DNA from: Eledone cirrhosa
Lineage: Eukaryota
NCBI GenBank assembly: GCA_964016885.1
Contig: CAXHJY010000096.1
Span: 620,001 to 684,000 of the forward strand
Length of the DNA: 64,000 nucleotides
Direction of reading: 5' to 3'
Positions within the stretch are counted from its first letter, which is position 1. Every line of letters begins with the position of its first letter. This document shows, one piece after another, positions 12,491-26,600 of this stretch. A model generated the notes under the pieces. The model was given only the letters and a program-made list of their open reading frames with translations, had not been told where the DNA came from and ran no database searches. A program made the position numbers and the translations under genes.

Positions 12491-15400
12491 ATAATTTCCA
12501 GCCCTCCAAGGGGCTATAATTTCCAGTGTCCAAGGGGAGATAATTTCCAGCCAGCGAAGGGGAGATAATTTTTTTTAAAAAATCATTGGGAGATTTGTAA
12601 AAAAAATCAGGGGGAGATAATTTGTAAAAAAAATCAAGGGGAGATAATTTCCAGCCGTCCAAGGGGAGGTAATATCTAGCCGTCCAAGGGTAGATAATTT
12701 CCAGCCGTCCAACGGGAGATAATTTCCAGCCGTCCAAGGGTAGATAATATCCAGCCGCCCAAGGACATATTTTCCAGCCATCCAAGGAGAGGTAATTTCT
12801 AGCCGTCCAAGGGGAGATAATTTCCAGCCGTCCAAGGGTAGATAATATCCAGCCGTCCAAGGACATATTTTCCAGCCGTCCAAGGAGAGGTAATTTCTAG
12901 CCGTCCAAGGGGAGATAAATTCCAGCCTCCAAGGGGAGATAATTTCCAGCCAGCCAAGGGGAGATAATTTGTAAAAAAATCAGGGGGAGATAATTTGTAA
13001 AAAAAATCAGGGGGAGATAATTTGTAAAAAAAAATCAGGGGGAGATAATTTGTAAAAAAAAATCAGGGTGAGATAATTTGCAAAAAAAATCAGGGGGAGA
13101 TAATTTGTAAAAGAAAATCAGGGGTAGATAATTTGTAAAAAAAAATCAGGGGGAGATAATTTGTAAAAAAAAATCAGGGGGAGATAATTTGTAAAAAAAA
13201 TCAAGGGGAGATAATTTCCAGCCGTCCAAGGAGAGATAATTTTAAAAAAAATCAGGCGGAGATAATTTGTAAAAAAAAATCAGGGGGAGATAATTTGTAA
13301 AAAAAATCAGGGGGAGATAATTTGTAAAAAAAAATCAGGGGTAGATAATTTGTAAAAAAAAATCAGGGGGAGATAATTTGTAAAAAAAAATCAGGAGGAG
13401 ATAATTTGTAAAAAAAATCAAGGGGAGATAATTTCCAGCCGTCCAAGGAGAGATAATTTAAAAAAAAATCAGGCGGAGATAATTTGTAAAAAAAAATCAG
13501 GGGGAGATAATTTGTAAAAAAAAATCAGGGGGAGATAATTTGTAAAAAAAATCAAGGGGAGATAATTTCCAGCCGTCCAAGGGGAGATAATTTTCAGCCG
13601 TCCAAGGGGAGATAATTTCCCGCCAGCCAAGGGAAGATAATATTCAAAAAAATCAGGCGGAGATAATTTGTAAAAAAAATCAGGGGGAGATAATTTGTAA
13701 AAAAATCAGGGGGAGATAATTTGTAAAAAAAAAAATCAGGGGGAGATAATTTGTAAAAAAAATCAGGGGGAGATAATTTGTAAAAAAAATCAGGGGTAGA
13801 TAATTTGTAAAAAAAAATCAGGGGGAGATAATTTGTAAAAAAAAATCAGGGGGAGATAATTTGTAAAAAAAATGAAAGGGGAGATAATATCCAGCCGTCC
13901 AAGGGGAGATAATTTCCAGCCGTCCAAGGGGAGATAATTTCCAGCCGTCCAAGGGGAGATAAATTCCATCCTTCCAAGGGGATATAATTTCCAGCCGTCC
14001 AAGGGGAGATAATTTCCATCCTTCCAAGGGGATATAATTTCCAGCCGTCCAAGGGGAGATAATTTTCAGCCGTCCAAGGAGAGGTAATTTCTAGCCGTCC
14101 AAGGAGAGATAATTTCCAGCCGTCCAAGGGGAGATAATTTCCAGCCGTCCAAGGGGAGATAATTTCCAGCCGTCCAAGGAGACATATTTTCCAGCCGTCC
14201 AAGGAGAGGTAATTCCTAGCCGTCCAAGGGGAGATAAATTCCAGCCTCCAAGGGGAGATAATTTCCAGCCAGCCAAGGGGAGATAATTTGTAAAAAAAAT
14301 CAGGGGGAGATAATTTGTAAAAAAAATCAGGGGGAGATAATTTGTAAAAAAAAATCAGGGGTAGATAATTTGTAAAAAATAATCAGGGGGAGCTAATTTG
14401 TAAAAAAAATCAAGGGGAGATAATTTCCAGCCGTCCAAGGGGAGATAATTTTCAGCCGTCCAAGGGGAGATAATTTCCCGCCAGCCAAGGGAAGATAATA
14501 TTTAAAAAAATTAGGCGGAGATAATTTGTAAAAAAAATCAGGGGGAGATAATTTGTAAAAAAATCAGGGGGAGATAATTTGTAAAAAAAATCAGGGGGAG
14601 ATAATTTGTAAAAAAAATCAGGGGGAGATAATTTGTAAAAAAAAATCAGGGGGAGATAATTTGTAAAAAAAATCAAGGGGAGATAATTTCCAGCCGTCCA
14701 AGGGAAGATAATTTCCAGCCCTCCAAGGGGCTATAATTTCCAGCGTCCAAGGGGAGATAATTTCCAGCCAGCGAAGGGGAGATAATTTTTTTTAAAAAAT
14801 CATTGGGAGATTTGTAAAAATAATCAGGGGGAGATAATTTGTAAAAAAAATCAAGGGGAGATAATTTCCAGCCGTCCAAGGGGAGGTAATATCTAGCCGT
14901 CCAAGGGGAGATAATTTCCAGCCGTCCAAGGGGAGATAATTTCCAGCCGTCCAAGGGTAGATAATATCCAGCCGTCCAAGGACATATTTTCCAGCCGTCC
15001 AAGGAGAGGTAATTTCTAGCCGTCCAAGGGGAGATAAATTCCAGCCTCCAAGGTGAGATAATTTCCAGCCAGCCAAGGGGAGATAATTTGTAAAAAAATC
15101 AGGGGGAGATAATTTGTAAAAAAAATCAGGGGGAGATAATTTGTAAAAAAAAATCAGGGGGAGATAATTTGTAAAAAAAAATCAGGGGTAGATAAATTGT
15201 AAAAAAAAATCAGGGGGAGATAATTTGTAAAAAAAATCAGGGGGAGATAATTTGTAAAAAAAATGAAAGGGGAGATAATATCCAGCCGTCCAAGGGGAGA
15301 TAATTTCCAGCCGTCCAAGGGGAGATAATTTCCAGCCGTCCAAGGGGAGATAATTTCCATCCTTCCAAGGGGATATAATTTCCAGCCGTCCAAGGGGAGA

Positions 15401-18245
15401 TAATTTCCCGCCAGCCAAGGGAAGATAATTTTTAAAAAAATCAGGCGGAGATTGTAAAAAAATCAGGGGGGAGATAATTTGTAAAAAAATCAGGGGAAGA
15501 TAATTTGTAAAAAAAAATCAGGGGGAGATAATTTGTAAAAAATAATCAGGGGGAGATAATTTCCAGCCCTCCAAGGGGCTATAATTTCCAGTGTCCAAGG
15601 GGAGATAATTTCCAGCCAGCGAAGGGGAGATAATTTTTTTTTAAAAATCATTGGGAGATTTGTAAAAAAAATCAGGGGGAGATAATTTGTAAAAAAAATC
15701 AAGGGGAGATAATTTCCAGCCGTCCAAGGGGAGGTAATATCTAGCCGTCCAAGGGTAGATAATTTCCAGCCGTCCAACGGGAGATAATTTCCAGCCGTCC
15801 AAGGGTAGATAATATCCAGCCGCCCAAGGACATATTTTCCAGCCGTCCAAGGAGAGGTAATTTCTAGCCGTCCAAGGGGAGATAATTTCCAGCCGTCCAA
15901 GGGTAGATAATATCCAGCCGTCCAAGGACATATTTTCCAGCCGTCCAAGGAGAGGTAATTTCTAGCCGTCCAAGGGGAGATAAATTCCAGCCTCCAAGGG
16001 GAGATAATTTCCAGCCAGCCAAGGGGAGATAATTTGTAAAAAAATCAGGGGGAGATAATTTGTAAAAAAAATCAGGGGGAGATAATTTGTAAAAAAAAAT
16101 CAGGGGGAGATAATTTGTAAAAAAAAATCAGGGTGAGATAATTTGCAAAAAAAATCAGGGGGAGATAATTTGTAAAAAAAAATCAGGGGTAGATAATTTG
16201 TAAAAAAAAATCAGGGGGAGATAATTTGTAAAAAAAAATCAGGGGGAGATAATTTGTAAAAAAAATCAAGGGGAGATAATTTCCAGCCGTCCAAGGAGAG
16301 ATAATTTAAAAAAAAATCAGGCGGAGATAATTTGTAAAAAAAAATCAGGGGGAGATAATTTGTAAAAAAAATCAGGGGGAGATAATTTGTAAAAAAAAAT
16401 CAGGGGTAGATAATTTGTAAAAAAAAATCAGGGGGAGAGAATTTGTAAAAAAAAATCAGGAGGAGATAATTTGTAAAAAAAATCAAGGGGAGATAATTTC
16501 CAGCCGTCCAAGGAGAGATAATTTAAAAAAAAATCAGGCGGAGATAATTTGTAAAAAAAAATCAGGGGGAGATAATTTGTAAAAAAAAATCAGGGGGAGA
16601 TAATTTGTAAAAAAAATCAAGGGGAGATAATTTCCAGCCGTCCAAGGGGAGATAATTTTCAGCCGTCCAAGGGGAGATAATTTCCCGCCAGCCAAGGGAA
16701 GATAATATTCAAAAAAATCAGGCGGAGATAATTTGTAAAAAAAATCAGGGGGAGATAATTTGTAAAAAAATCAGGGGGAGATAATTTGTAAAAAAAAAAA
16801 TCAGGGGGAGATAATTTGTAAAAAAAATCAGGGGGAGATAATTTGTAAAAAAAATCAGGGGTAGATAATTTGTAAAAAAAAATCAGGGGGAGATAATTTG
16901 TAAAAAAAAATCAGGGGGAGATAATTTGTAAAAAAAATGAAAGGGGAGATAATATCCAGCCGTCCAAGGGGAGATAATTTCCAGCCGTCCAAGGGGAGAT
17001 AATTTCCAGCCGTCCAAGGGGAGATAATTTCCATCCTTCCAAGGGGATATAATTTCCAGCCGTCCAAGGGGAGATAATTTCCATCCTTCCAAGGGGATAT
17101 AATTTCCAGCCGTCCAAGGGGAGATAATTTTCAGCCGTCCAAGGAGAGGTAATTTCTAGCCGTCCAAGGAGAGATAATTTCCAGCCGTCCAAGGGGAGAT
17201 AATTTCCAGCCGTCCAAGGGGAGATAATTTCCAGCCGTCCAAGGAGACATATTTTCCATCCGTCCAAGGAGAGGTAATTCCTAGCCGTCCAAGGGGAGAT
17301 AAATTCCAGCCTCCAAGGGGAGATAATTTCCAGCCAGCCAAGGGGAGATAATTTGTAAAAAAAATCAGGGGGAGATAATTTGTAAAAAAAATCAGGGGGA
17401 GATAATTTGTAAAAAAAAATCAGGGGTAGATAATTTGTAAAAAATAATCAGGGGGAGATAATTTGTAAAAAAAATCAAGGGGAGATAATTTCCAGCCGTC
17501 CAAGGGGAGATAATTTTCAGCCGTCCAAGGGGAGATAATTTCCCGCCAGCCAAGGGAAGATAATATTTAAAAAAATTAGGCGGAGATAATTTGTAAAAAA
17601 AATCAGGGGGAGATAATTTGTAAAAAAATCAGGGGGAGATAATTTGTAAAAAAAATCAGGGGGAGATAATTTGTAAAAAAAATCAGGGGGAGATAATTTG
17701 TAAAAAAAAATCAGGGGGAGATAATTTGTAAAAAAAATCAAGGGGAGATAATTTCCAGCCGTCCAAGGGAAGATAATTTCCAGCCCTCCAAGGGGCTATA
17801 ATTTCCAGCGTCCAAGGGGAGATAATTTCCAGCCAGCGAAGGGGAGATAATTTTTTTTAAAAAATCATTGGGAGATTTGTAAAAAAAATCAGGGGGAGAT
17901 AATTTGTAAAAAAAATCAAGGGGAGATAATTTCCAGCCGTCCAAGGGGAGGTAATATCTAGCCGTCCAAGGGGAGATAATTTCCAGCCGTCCAAGGGGAG
18001 ATAATTTCCAGCCGTCCAAGGGTAGATAATATCCAGCCGTCCAAGGACATATTTTCCAGCCGTCCAAGGAGAGGTAATTTCTAGCCGTCCAAGGGGAGAT
18101 AAATTCCAGCCTCCAAGGTGAGATAATTTCCAGCCAGCCAAGGGGAGATAATTTGTAAAAAAATCAGGGGGAGATAATTTGTAAAAAAAATCAGGGGGAG
18201 ATAATTTGTAAAAAAAAATCAGGGGGAGATAATTTGTAAAAAAAA
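12491..18245 (+). repeat. ~2.7-kb segment repeated at 3065-bp offset
   Basis: Pseudo-ORF pairs 13790/16855, 14452/17517 and 14673/17738, and ORF ends 12883/15948, all differ by 3065. A few SNVs separate the copies. Confidence 0.88.
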
Positions 18246-20690
18246 ATCAGGGGGAGATAATTTGTAAAAAAAAATCAGGGGGAGATAATTTGTAAAAAAA
18301 TCAAGGGGAGATAATTTCCAGCCGTCCAAGGGGAGATAATTTTCAGCCGTCCAAGGGGAGATAATTTCCCGCCAGCCAAGGGAAGATAATATTTGAAAAA
18401 ATCAGGCGGAGATAATTTGTAAAAAAAATCAGGGGGAGATAATTTGTAAAAAAATCAGGGGGAGATAATTTGTAAAAAAAAAATCAGGGGGAGATAATTT
18501 GTAAAAAGAATCAGGGGGAGATAATTTGTAAAAAAAAATCAGGGGTAGATAAATTGTAAAAAAAAATCAGGGGGAGATAATTTGTAAAAAAAATCAGGGG
18601 GAGATAATTTGTAAAAAAAATGAAAGGGGAGATAATATCCAGCCGTCCAAGGGGAGATAATTTCCAGCCGTCCAAGGGGAGATAATTTCCAGCCGTCCAA
18701 GGGGAGATAATTTCCATCCTTCCAAGGGGATATAATTTCCAGCCGTCCAAGGGGAGATAATTTCCCGCCAGCCAAGGGAAGATAATTTTTAAAAAAATCA
18801 GGCGGAGATTGTAAAAAAAATCAGGGGGGAGATAATTTGTAAAAAAATCAGGGGGAGATAATTTGTAAAAAAAAATCAGGGGGAGATAATTTGTAAAAAA
18901 TAATCAGGGGGAGATAATTTGTAAAAAAAAATCAAGGGGAGATAATTTCCAGCCGTCCAAGGGGAGATAATTTCCCGCCAGCCAAGGGAAGATAATATTT
19001 AAAAAAATTAGGCGGAGATAATTTGTAAAAAAAATCAGGGGGAGATAATTTGTAAAAAAATCAGGGGGAGATAATTTGTAAAAAAAATCAGGGGGAGATA
19101 ATTTGTAAAAAAATTCATGGGGAGATAATTTGTAAAAAAAAATCAGGGGTAGATAATTTGTAAAAAAAAATCAGGGGGAGATAATTTGTAAAAAAAAAAT
19201 CAGGGGGAGATAATTTGTAAAAAAAAATCAGGGGGAGATAATTTGTAAAAAAAATCAAGGGGAGATAATTTCCAGCCGTCCAAGGGAAGATAATTTCCAG
19301 CCCTCCAAGGGGCTATAATTTCCAGCGTCCAAGGGGAGATAATTTCCAGCCAGCGAAGGGGAGATAATTTTTTTTAAAAAATCATTGGGAGATTTGTAAA
19401 AAAAATCAGGGGGAGATAATTTGTAAAAAAAATCAAGGGGAGATAATTTCCAGCCGTCCAAGGGGAGGTAATATCTAGCCGTCCAAGGGGAGATAATTTC
19501 CAGCCGTCCAAGGGGAGATAATTTCCAGCCGTCCAAGGGTAGATAATATCCAGCCGTCCAAGGACATATTTTCCAGCCGTCCAAGGAGAGGTAATTTCTA
19601 GCCGTCCAAGGGGAGATAAATTCCAGCCTCCAAGGTGAGATAATTTCCAGCCAGCCAAGGGGAGATAATTTGTAAAAAAATCAGGGGGAGATAATTTGTA
19701 AAAAAAATCAGGGGGAGATAATTTGTAAAAAAAAATCAGGGGGAGATAATTTGTAAAAAAAAATCAGGGGGAGATAATTTGTAAAAAAAAATCAGGGGGA
19801 GATAATTTGTAAAAAAATCAAGGGGAGATAATTTCCAGCCGTCCAAGGGGAGATAATTTTCAGCCGTCCAAGGGGAGATAATTTCCCGCCAGCCAAGGGA
19901 AGATAATATTTGAAAAAATCAGGCGGAGATAATTTGTAAAAAAAATCAGGGGGAGATAATTTGTAAAAAAATCAGGGGGAGATAATTTGTAAAAAAAAAA
20001 TCAGGGGGAGATAATTTGTAAAAAGAATCAGGGGGAGATAATTTGTAAAAAAAAATCAGGGGTAGATAAATTGTAAAAAAAAATCAGGGGGAGATAATTT
20101 GTAAAAAAAATCAGGGGGAGATAATTTGTAAAAAAAATGAAAGGGGAGATAATATCCAGCCGGCCAAGGGGAGATAATTTCCAGCCGTCCAAGGGGAGAT
20201 AATTTCCAGCCGTCCAAGGGGAGATAATTTCCATCCTTCCAAGGGGATATAATTTCCAGCCGTCCAAGGGGAGATAATTTCCCGCCAGCCAAGGGAAGAT
20301 AATTTTTAAAAAAATCAGGCGGAGATTGTAAAAAAAATCAGGGGGGAGATAATTTGTAAAAAAATCAGGGGGAGATAATTTGTAAAAAAAAATCAGGGGG
20401 AGATAATTTGTAAAAAATAATCAGGGGGAGATAATTTGTAAAAAAAAATCAAGGGGAGATAATTTCCAGCCGTCCAAGGGGAGATAATTTCCCGCCAGCC
20501 AAGGGAAGATAATATTTAAAAAAATTAGGCGGAGATAATTTGTAAAAAAAATCAGGGGGAGATAATTTGTAAAAAAATCAGGGGGAGATAATTTGTAAAA
20601 AAAATCAGGGGGAGATAATTTGTAAAAAAATTCATGGGGAGATAATTTGTAAAAAAAAATCAGGGGTAGATAATTTGTAAAAAAAATCAG
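17710..20690 (+). repeat. 1517-bp tandem duplication (two copies)
   Basis: Pairs 17738/19255, 17857/19374, 18511/20028 and 18539/20056 differ by 1517. Both copies carry the markers CCAAGGTGAG, TATTTGAAAAAA and GTAAAAAGAATC. Confidence 0.9.
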
Positions 20691-23600
20691 GGGGAGATAA
20701 TTTGTAAAAAAAAAATCAGGGGGAGATAATTTGTAAAAAAAATCAAGGGGAGATAATTTCCAGCCGTCCAAGGGGAGATAATTTTCAGTCGTCCAAGGAG
20801 AGGTAATTTCTAGCCGTCCAAGGGGAGATAATTTCCAGCCGTCCAAGGGGAGATAATTTCCAGCCGTCCAAGGGGAGATAATTTTTTTTAAAAAATCAGG
20901 CGGAGATAATTTGTAAAAAAAATCAGGGGGAGATAATTTGTAAACAAAATCAGGGGGAGATAATTTGTAAAAAAAAATCAGGGGGAGATAATTTGTAAAA
21001 AAAATTAGGCGTAGATAATTTTTAAAAAAAAATCAGGGGGAGATAATTTGTAAAAAAAAATCAGGGGGAGATAATTTGTTTAAAAAATCAAGGGGAGATA
21101 ATTTGCAGCCGTCCAAGGGGAGATAATTTTCAGCCGTCCAAGGAGAGGTAATTTCTAGCCGTTCAAGGGGAGATAATTTCCAGCCGTCCAAGGGGAGATA
21201 ATTTCCAGCCGTCCAAGGGGAGATAATTTTTTTTAAAAAATCAGGCGGAGATAATTTGTAAAAAAAAATCAGGGGGAGATAATTCGTAAAAAAAAATCAG
21301 GGGGAGATAATTTGTAAAAAAAAATCAGGGGGAGATAATTTGTAAAAAAAATCAAGGGGAGATAATTTCCAGCCGTCCAAGGGGAGGTAATATCTAGCCG
21401 TCCAAGGGGAGATAATTTCCAGCCGTCCAAGGGGAGATAATTTCCAGCCGTCCAAGGGGAGATAATTTCCAGCCGTCCAAGGAGACATATTTTCCAGCCG
21501 TCCAAGGCGAGGTAATTTCTAGCCGTCCAAGGGGAGATTAATTCCAGCCTCCAAGGGGAGATAATTTCCAGCCAGCCAAGGGGAGATAATTTGTAAAAAA
21601 ATCAGGGGGAGATAATTTGTAAAAAATATCAGGGAGATAATTTGTAAAAAAAAATCAGGGGGAGATAATTTGTAAAAAAAATCAGGGGGAGATAATTTGT
21701 AAAAAAAAATCAGGGGGAGATAATTTGTAAAAAAAATCAAGGGGAGATAATTTCCAGCCGTCCAAGGGGAGATAATTTTCAGCCGTCCAAGGAGAGGTAA
21801 TTTCTAACCGTCCGAGGAGAGATAATTTCCAGCCGTCCAAGGGGAGATAATTTCCAGCCGTCCAAGGGGAGATAATTTCCAGCCGTCCAAGGAGACATAT
21901 TTTCCAGCCGTCCAAGGAGAGGTAAATTCTAGCCGTCCAAGGGGAGATAAATTCCAGCCTCCAAGGGGAGATAATTTCCAGCCAGCCAAGGGGAGATAAT
22001 TTGTAAAAAAATCAGGGGGAGATAATTTGCAAAAAAAATCAGGGGGAGATAATTTGTAAAAAAAATCAGGGGGAGATAATTTGTAAAAAATAATCAGGGG
22101 GAGATAATTTCCAGCCCTCCAAGGGGCTATAATTTCCAGTGTCCAAGGGTAGATAATTTCCAGCCAGCGAAGGGGAGATAATTTTTTTTTAAAAATCATT
22201 GGGAGATTTGTAAAAAAAATCAGGGGGAGATAATTTGTAAAAAAAATCAAGGGGAGATAATTTCCAGCCGTCCAAGGGGAGGTAATATCTAGCCGTCCAA
22301 GGGTAGATAATTTCCAGCCGTCCAACGGGAGATAATTTCCAGCCGTCCAAGGGTAGATAATATCCAGCCGCCCAAGGACATATTTTCCAGCCGTCCAAGG
22401 AGAGGTAATTTCTAGCCGTCCAAGGGGAGATAATTTCCAGCCGTCCAAGGGTAGATAATATCCATCCGTCCAAGGACATATTTTCCAGCCGTCCAAGGAG
22501 AGGTAATTTCTAGCCGTCCAAGGGGAGATAAATTCCAGCCTCCAAGGGGAGATAATTTCCAGCCAGCCAAGGGGAGATAATTTGTAAAAAAATCAGGGGG
22601 AGATAATTTGTAAAAAAAATCAGGGGGAGATAATTTGTAAAAAAAAATCAGGGGGAGATAATTTGTAAAAAAAAATCAGGGTGAGATAATTTGCAAAAAA
22701 AATCAGGGGGAGATAATTTGTAAAAAAAAATCAGGGGGAGATAATTTGTAAAAAAAATCAAGGGGAGATAATTTCCAGCCGTCCAAGGAGAGATAATTTA
22801 AAAAAAAATCAGGCGGAGATAATTTGTAAAAAAAAATCAGGGGGAGATAATTTGTAAAAAAAATCAGGGGGAGATAATTTGTAAAAAAAAATCAGGGGTA
22901 GATAATTTGTAAAAAAAAATCAGGGGTAGATAATTTGTAAAAAAAAATCAGGAGGAGATAATTTGTAAAAAAAATCAAGGGGAGATAATTTCCAGCCGTC
23001 CAAGGAGAGATAATTTTAAAAAAAATCAGGCGGAGATAATTTGTAAAAAAAAATCAGGGGGAGATAATTTGTAAAAAAAAATCAGGGGGAGATAATTTGT
23101 AAAAAAAATCAAGGGGAGATAATTTCCAGCCGTCCAAGGGGAGATAATTTTCAGCCGTCCAAGGGGAGATAATTTCCCGCCAGCCAAGGGAAGATAATAT
23201 TCAAAAAAATCAGGCGGAGATAATTTGTAAAAAAAATCAGGGGGAGATAATTTGTAAAAAAATCAGGGGGAGATAATTTGTAAAAAAAAAAATCAGGGGG
23301 AGATAATTTGTAAAAAAAAATCAGGGGGAGATAATTTGTAAAAAAAATCAGGGGTAGATAATTTGTAAAAAAAAATCAGGGGGAGATAATTTGTAAAAAA
23401 AAATCAGGGGGAGATAATTTGTAAAAAAAATGAAAGGGGAGATAATATCCAGCCGTCCAAGGGGAGATAATTTCCAGCCGTCCAAGGGGAGATAATTTCC
23501 AGCCGTCCAAGGGGAGATAATTTCCATCCTTCCAAGGGGATATAATTTCCAGCCGTCCAAGGGGAGATAATTTCCATCCTTCCAAGGGGATATAATTTCC

Positions 23601-26600
23601 AGCCGTCCAAGGGGAGATAATTTTCAGCCGTCCAAGGAGAGGTAATTTCTAGCCGTCCAAGGAGAGATAATTTCCAGCCGTCCAAGGGGAGATAATTTCC
23701 AGCCGTCCAAGGGGAGATAATTTCCAGCCGTCCAAGGAGACATATTTTCCAGCCGTCCAAGGAGAGGTAATTCCTAGCCGTCCAAGGGGAGATAAATTCC
23801 AGCCTCCAAGGGGAGATAATTTCCAGCCAGCCAAGGGGAGATAATTTGTAAAAAAAATCAGGGGGAGATAATTTGTAAAAAGAATCAGGGGGAGATAATT
23901 TGTAAAAAAAAATCAGGGGTAGATAATTTGTAAAAAATAATCAGGGGGAGATAATTTGTAAAAAAAATCAAGGGGAGATAATTTCCAGCCGTCCAAGGGG
24001 AGATAATTTTCAGCCGTCCAAGGGGAGATAATTTCCCGCCAGCCAAGGGAAGATAATATTTAAAAAAATTAGGCGGAGATAATTTGTAAAAAAAATCAGG
24101 GGGAGATAATTTGTAAAAAAATCAGGGGGAGATAATTTGTAAAAAAAATCAGGGGGAGATAATTTGTAAAAAAAATCAGGGGGAGATAATTTGTAAAAAA
24201 AAATCAGGGGGAGATAATTTGTAAAAAAAATCAAGGGGAGATAATTTCCAGCCGTCCAAGGGAAGATAATTTCCAGCCCTCCAAGGGGCTATAATTTCCA
24301 GCGTCCAAGGGGAGATAATTTCCAGCCAGCGAAGGGGAGATAATTTTTTTTAAAAAATCATTGGGAGATTTGTAAAAAAAATCAGGGGGAGATAATTTGT
24401 AAAAAAAATCAAGGGGAGATAATTTCCAGCCGTCCAAGGGGAGGTAATATCTAGCCGTCCAAGGGGAGATAATTTCCAGCCGTCCAAGGGGAGATAATTT
24501 CCAGCCGTCCAAGGGTAGATAATATCCAGCCGTCCAAGGACATATTTTCCAGCCGTCCAAGGAGAGGTAATTTCTAGCCGTCCAAGGGGAGATAAATTCC
24601 AGCCTCCAAGGTGAGATAATTTCCAGCCAGCCAAGGGGAGATAATTTGTAAAAAAATCAGGGGGAGATAATTTGTAAAAAAAATCAGGGGGAGATAATTT
24701 GTAAAAAAAAATCAGGGGGAGATAATTTGTAAAAAAAAATCAGGGGGAGATAATTTGTAAAAAAAAATCAGGGGGAGATAATTTGTAAAAAAATCAAGGG
24801 GAGATAATTTCCAGCCGTCCAAGGGGAGATAATTTTCAGCCGTCCAAGGGGAGATAATTTCCCGCCAGCCAAGGGAAGATAATATTTGAAAAAATCAGGC
24901 GGAGATAATTTGTAAAAAAAATCAGGGGGAGATAATTTGTAAAAAAATCAGGGGGAGATAATTTGTAAAAAAAAAATCAGGGGGAGATAATTTGTAAAAA
25001 GAATCAGGGGGAGATAATTTGTAAAAAAAAATCAGGGGTAGATAAATTGTAAAAAAAAATCAGGGGGAGATAATTTGTAAAAAAAATCAGGGGGAGATAA
25101 TTTGTAAAAAAAATGAAAGGGGAGATAATATCCAGCCGTCCAAGGGGAGATAATTTCCAGCCGTCCAAGGGGAGATAATTTCCAGCCGTCCAAGGGGAGA
25201 TAATTTCCATCCTTCCAAGGGGATATAATTTCCAGCCGTCCAAGGGGAGATAATTTCCCGCCAGCCAAGGGTAGATAATTTTTAAAAAAATCAGGCGGAG
25301 ATTGTAAAAAAAATCAGGGGGGAGATAATTTGTAAAAAAATCAGGGGGAGATAATTTGTAAAAAAAAATCAGGGGGAGATAATTTGTAAAAAATAATCAG
25401 GGGGAGATAATTTGTAAAAAAAAATCAAGGGGAGATAATTTCCAGCCGTCCAAGGGGAGATAATTTTCCGCCAGCCAAGGGAAGATAATATTTAAAAAAA
25501 TTAGGCGGAGATAATTTGTAAAAAAAATCAGGGGGAGATAATTTGTAAAAAAATCAGGGGGAGATAATTTGTAAAAAAAATCAGGGGGAGATAATTTGTA
25601 AAAAAATTCATGGGGAGATAATTTGTAAAAAAAAATCAGGGGTAGATAATTTGTAAAAAAAAATCAGGGGGAGATAATTTGTAAAAAAAAATCAGGGGGA
25701 GATAATTTGTAAAAAAAATCAAGGGGAGATAATTTCCAGCCGTCCAAGGGGAGATAATTTTCAGCCGTCCAAGGAGAGGTAATTTCTAGCCGTCCAAGGG
25801 GAGATAATTTCCAGCCGTCCAAGGGGAGGTAATTTCCAGCCGTCCAAGGGGAGATAATTTTTAAAAAAAAATCAGGCGGAGATAATTTGTAAAAAAAATC
25901 AAGGGGAGATAATTTGCAGCCGTCCAAGGGGAGATAATTTTCAGTCGTCCAAGGAGAGGTAATTTCTAGCCGTCCAAGGGGAGATAATTGCCAGCCGTCC
26001 AAGGGGAGATAATTTCCAGCCGTCCAAGGGGAGATAATTTTTTTTAAAAAATCAGGCGGAGATAATTTGTAAAAAAAATCAGGGGGAGATAATTTGTAAA
26101 CAAAATCAGGGGGAGATAATTTGTAAAAAAAAATCAGGGGGAGATAATTTGTAAAAAAAATCATGGAGAGATAATTTCCAGCCGTCCAAGGTGAGATAAT
26201 TTCCAGCCGTCCAAGGAGACATATTTTCCAGCCGTCCAAGGCGAGGTAATTTCTAGCCGTCCAAGGGGAGATAAATTCCAGCCTCCAAGGGGAGATAATT
26301 TCCAGCCAGCCAAGTGGAGATAATTTGTAAAAAAATCAGGGGGAGATAATTTGTAAAAAATATCAGGGAGATAATTTGTAAAAAAAAATCAGGGGGAGAT
26401 AATTTGTAAAAAAAATCAGGGGGAGATAATTTGTAAAAAAAAATCAGGGGGAGATAATTTGTAAAAAAAATCAAGGGGAGATAATTTCCAGCCGTCCAAG
26501 GGGAGATAATTTTCAGCCGTCCAAGGGGAGATAATTTCCCGCCAGCCAAGGGAAGATAATATTTAAAAAAATCAGGCGGAGATAATTTGTAAAAAAAATC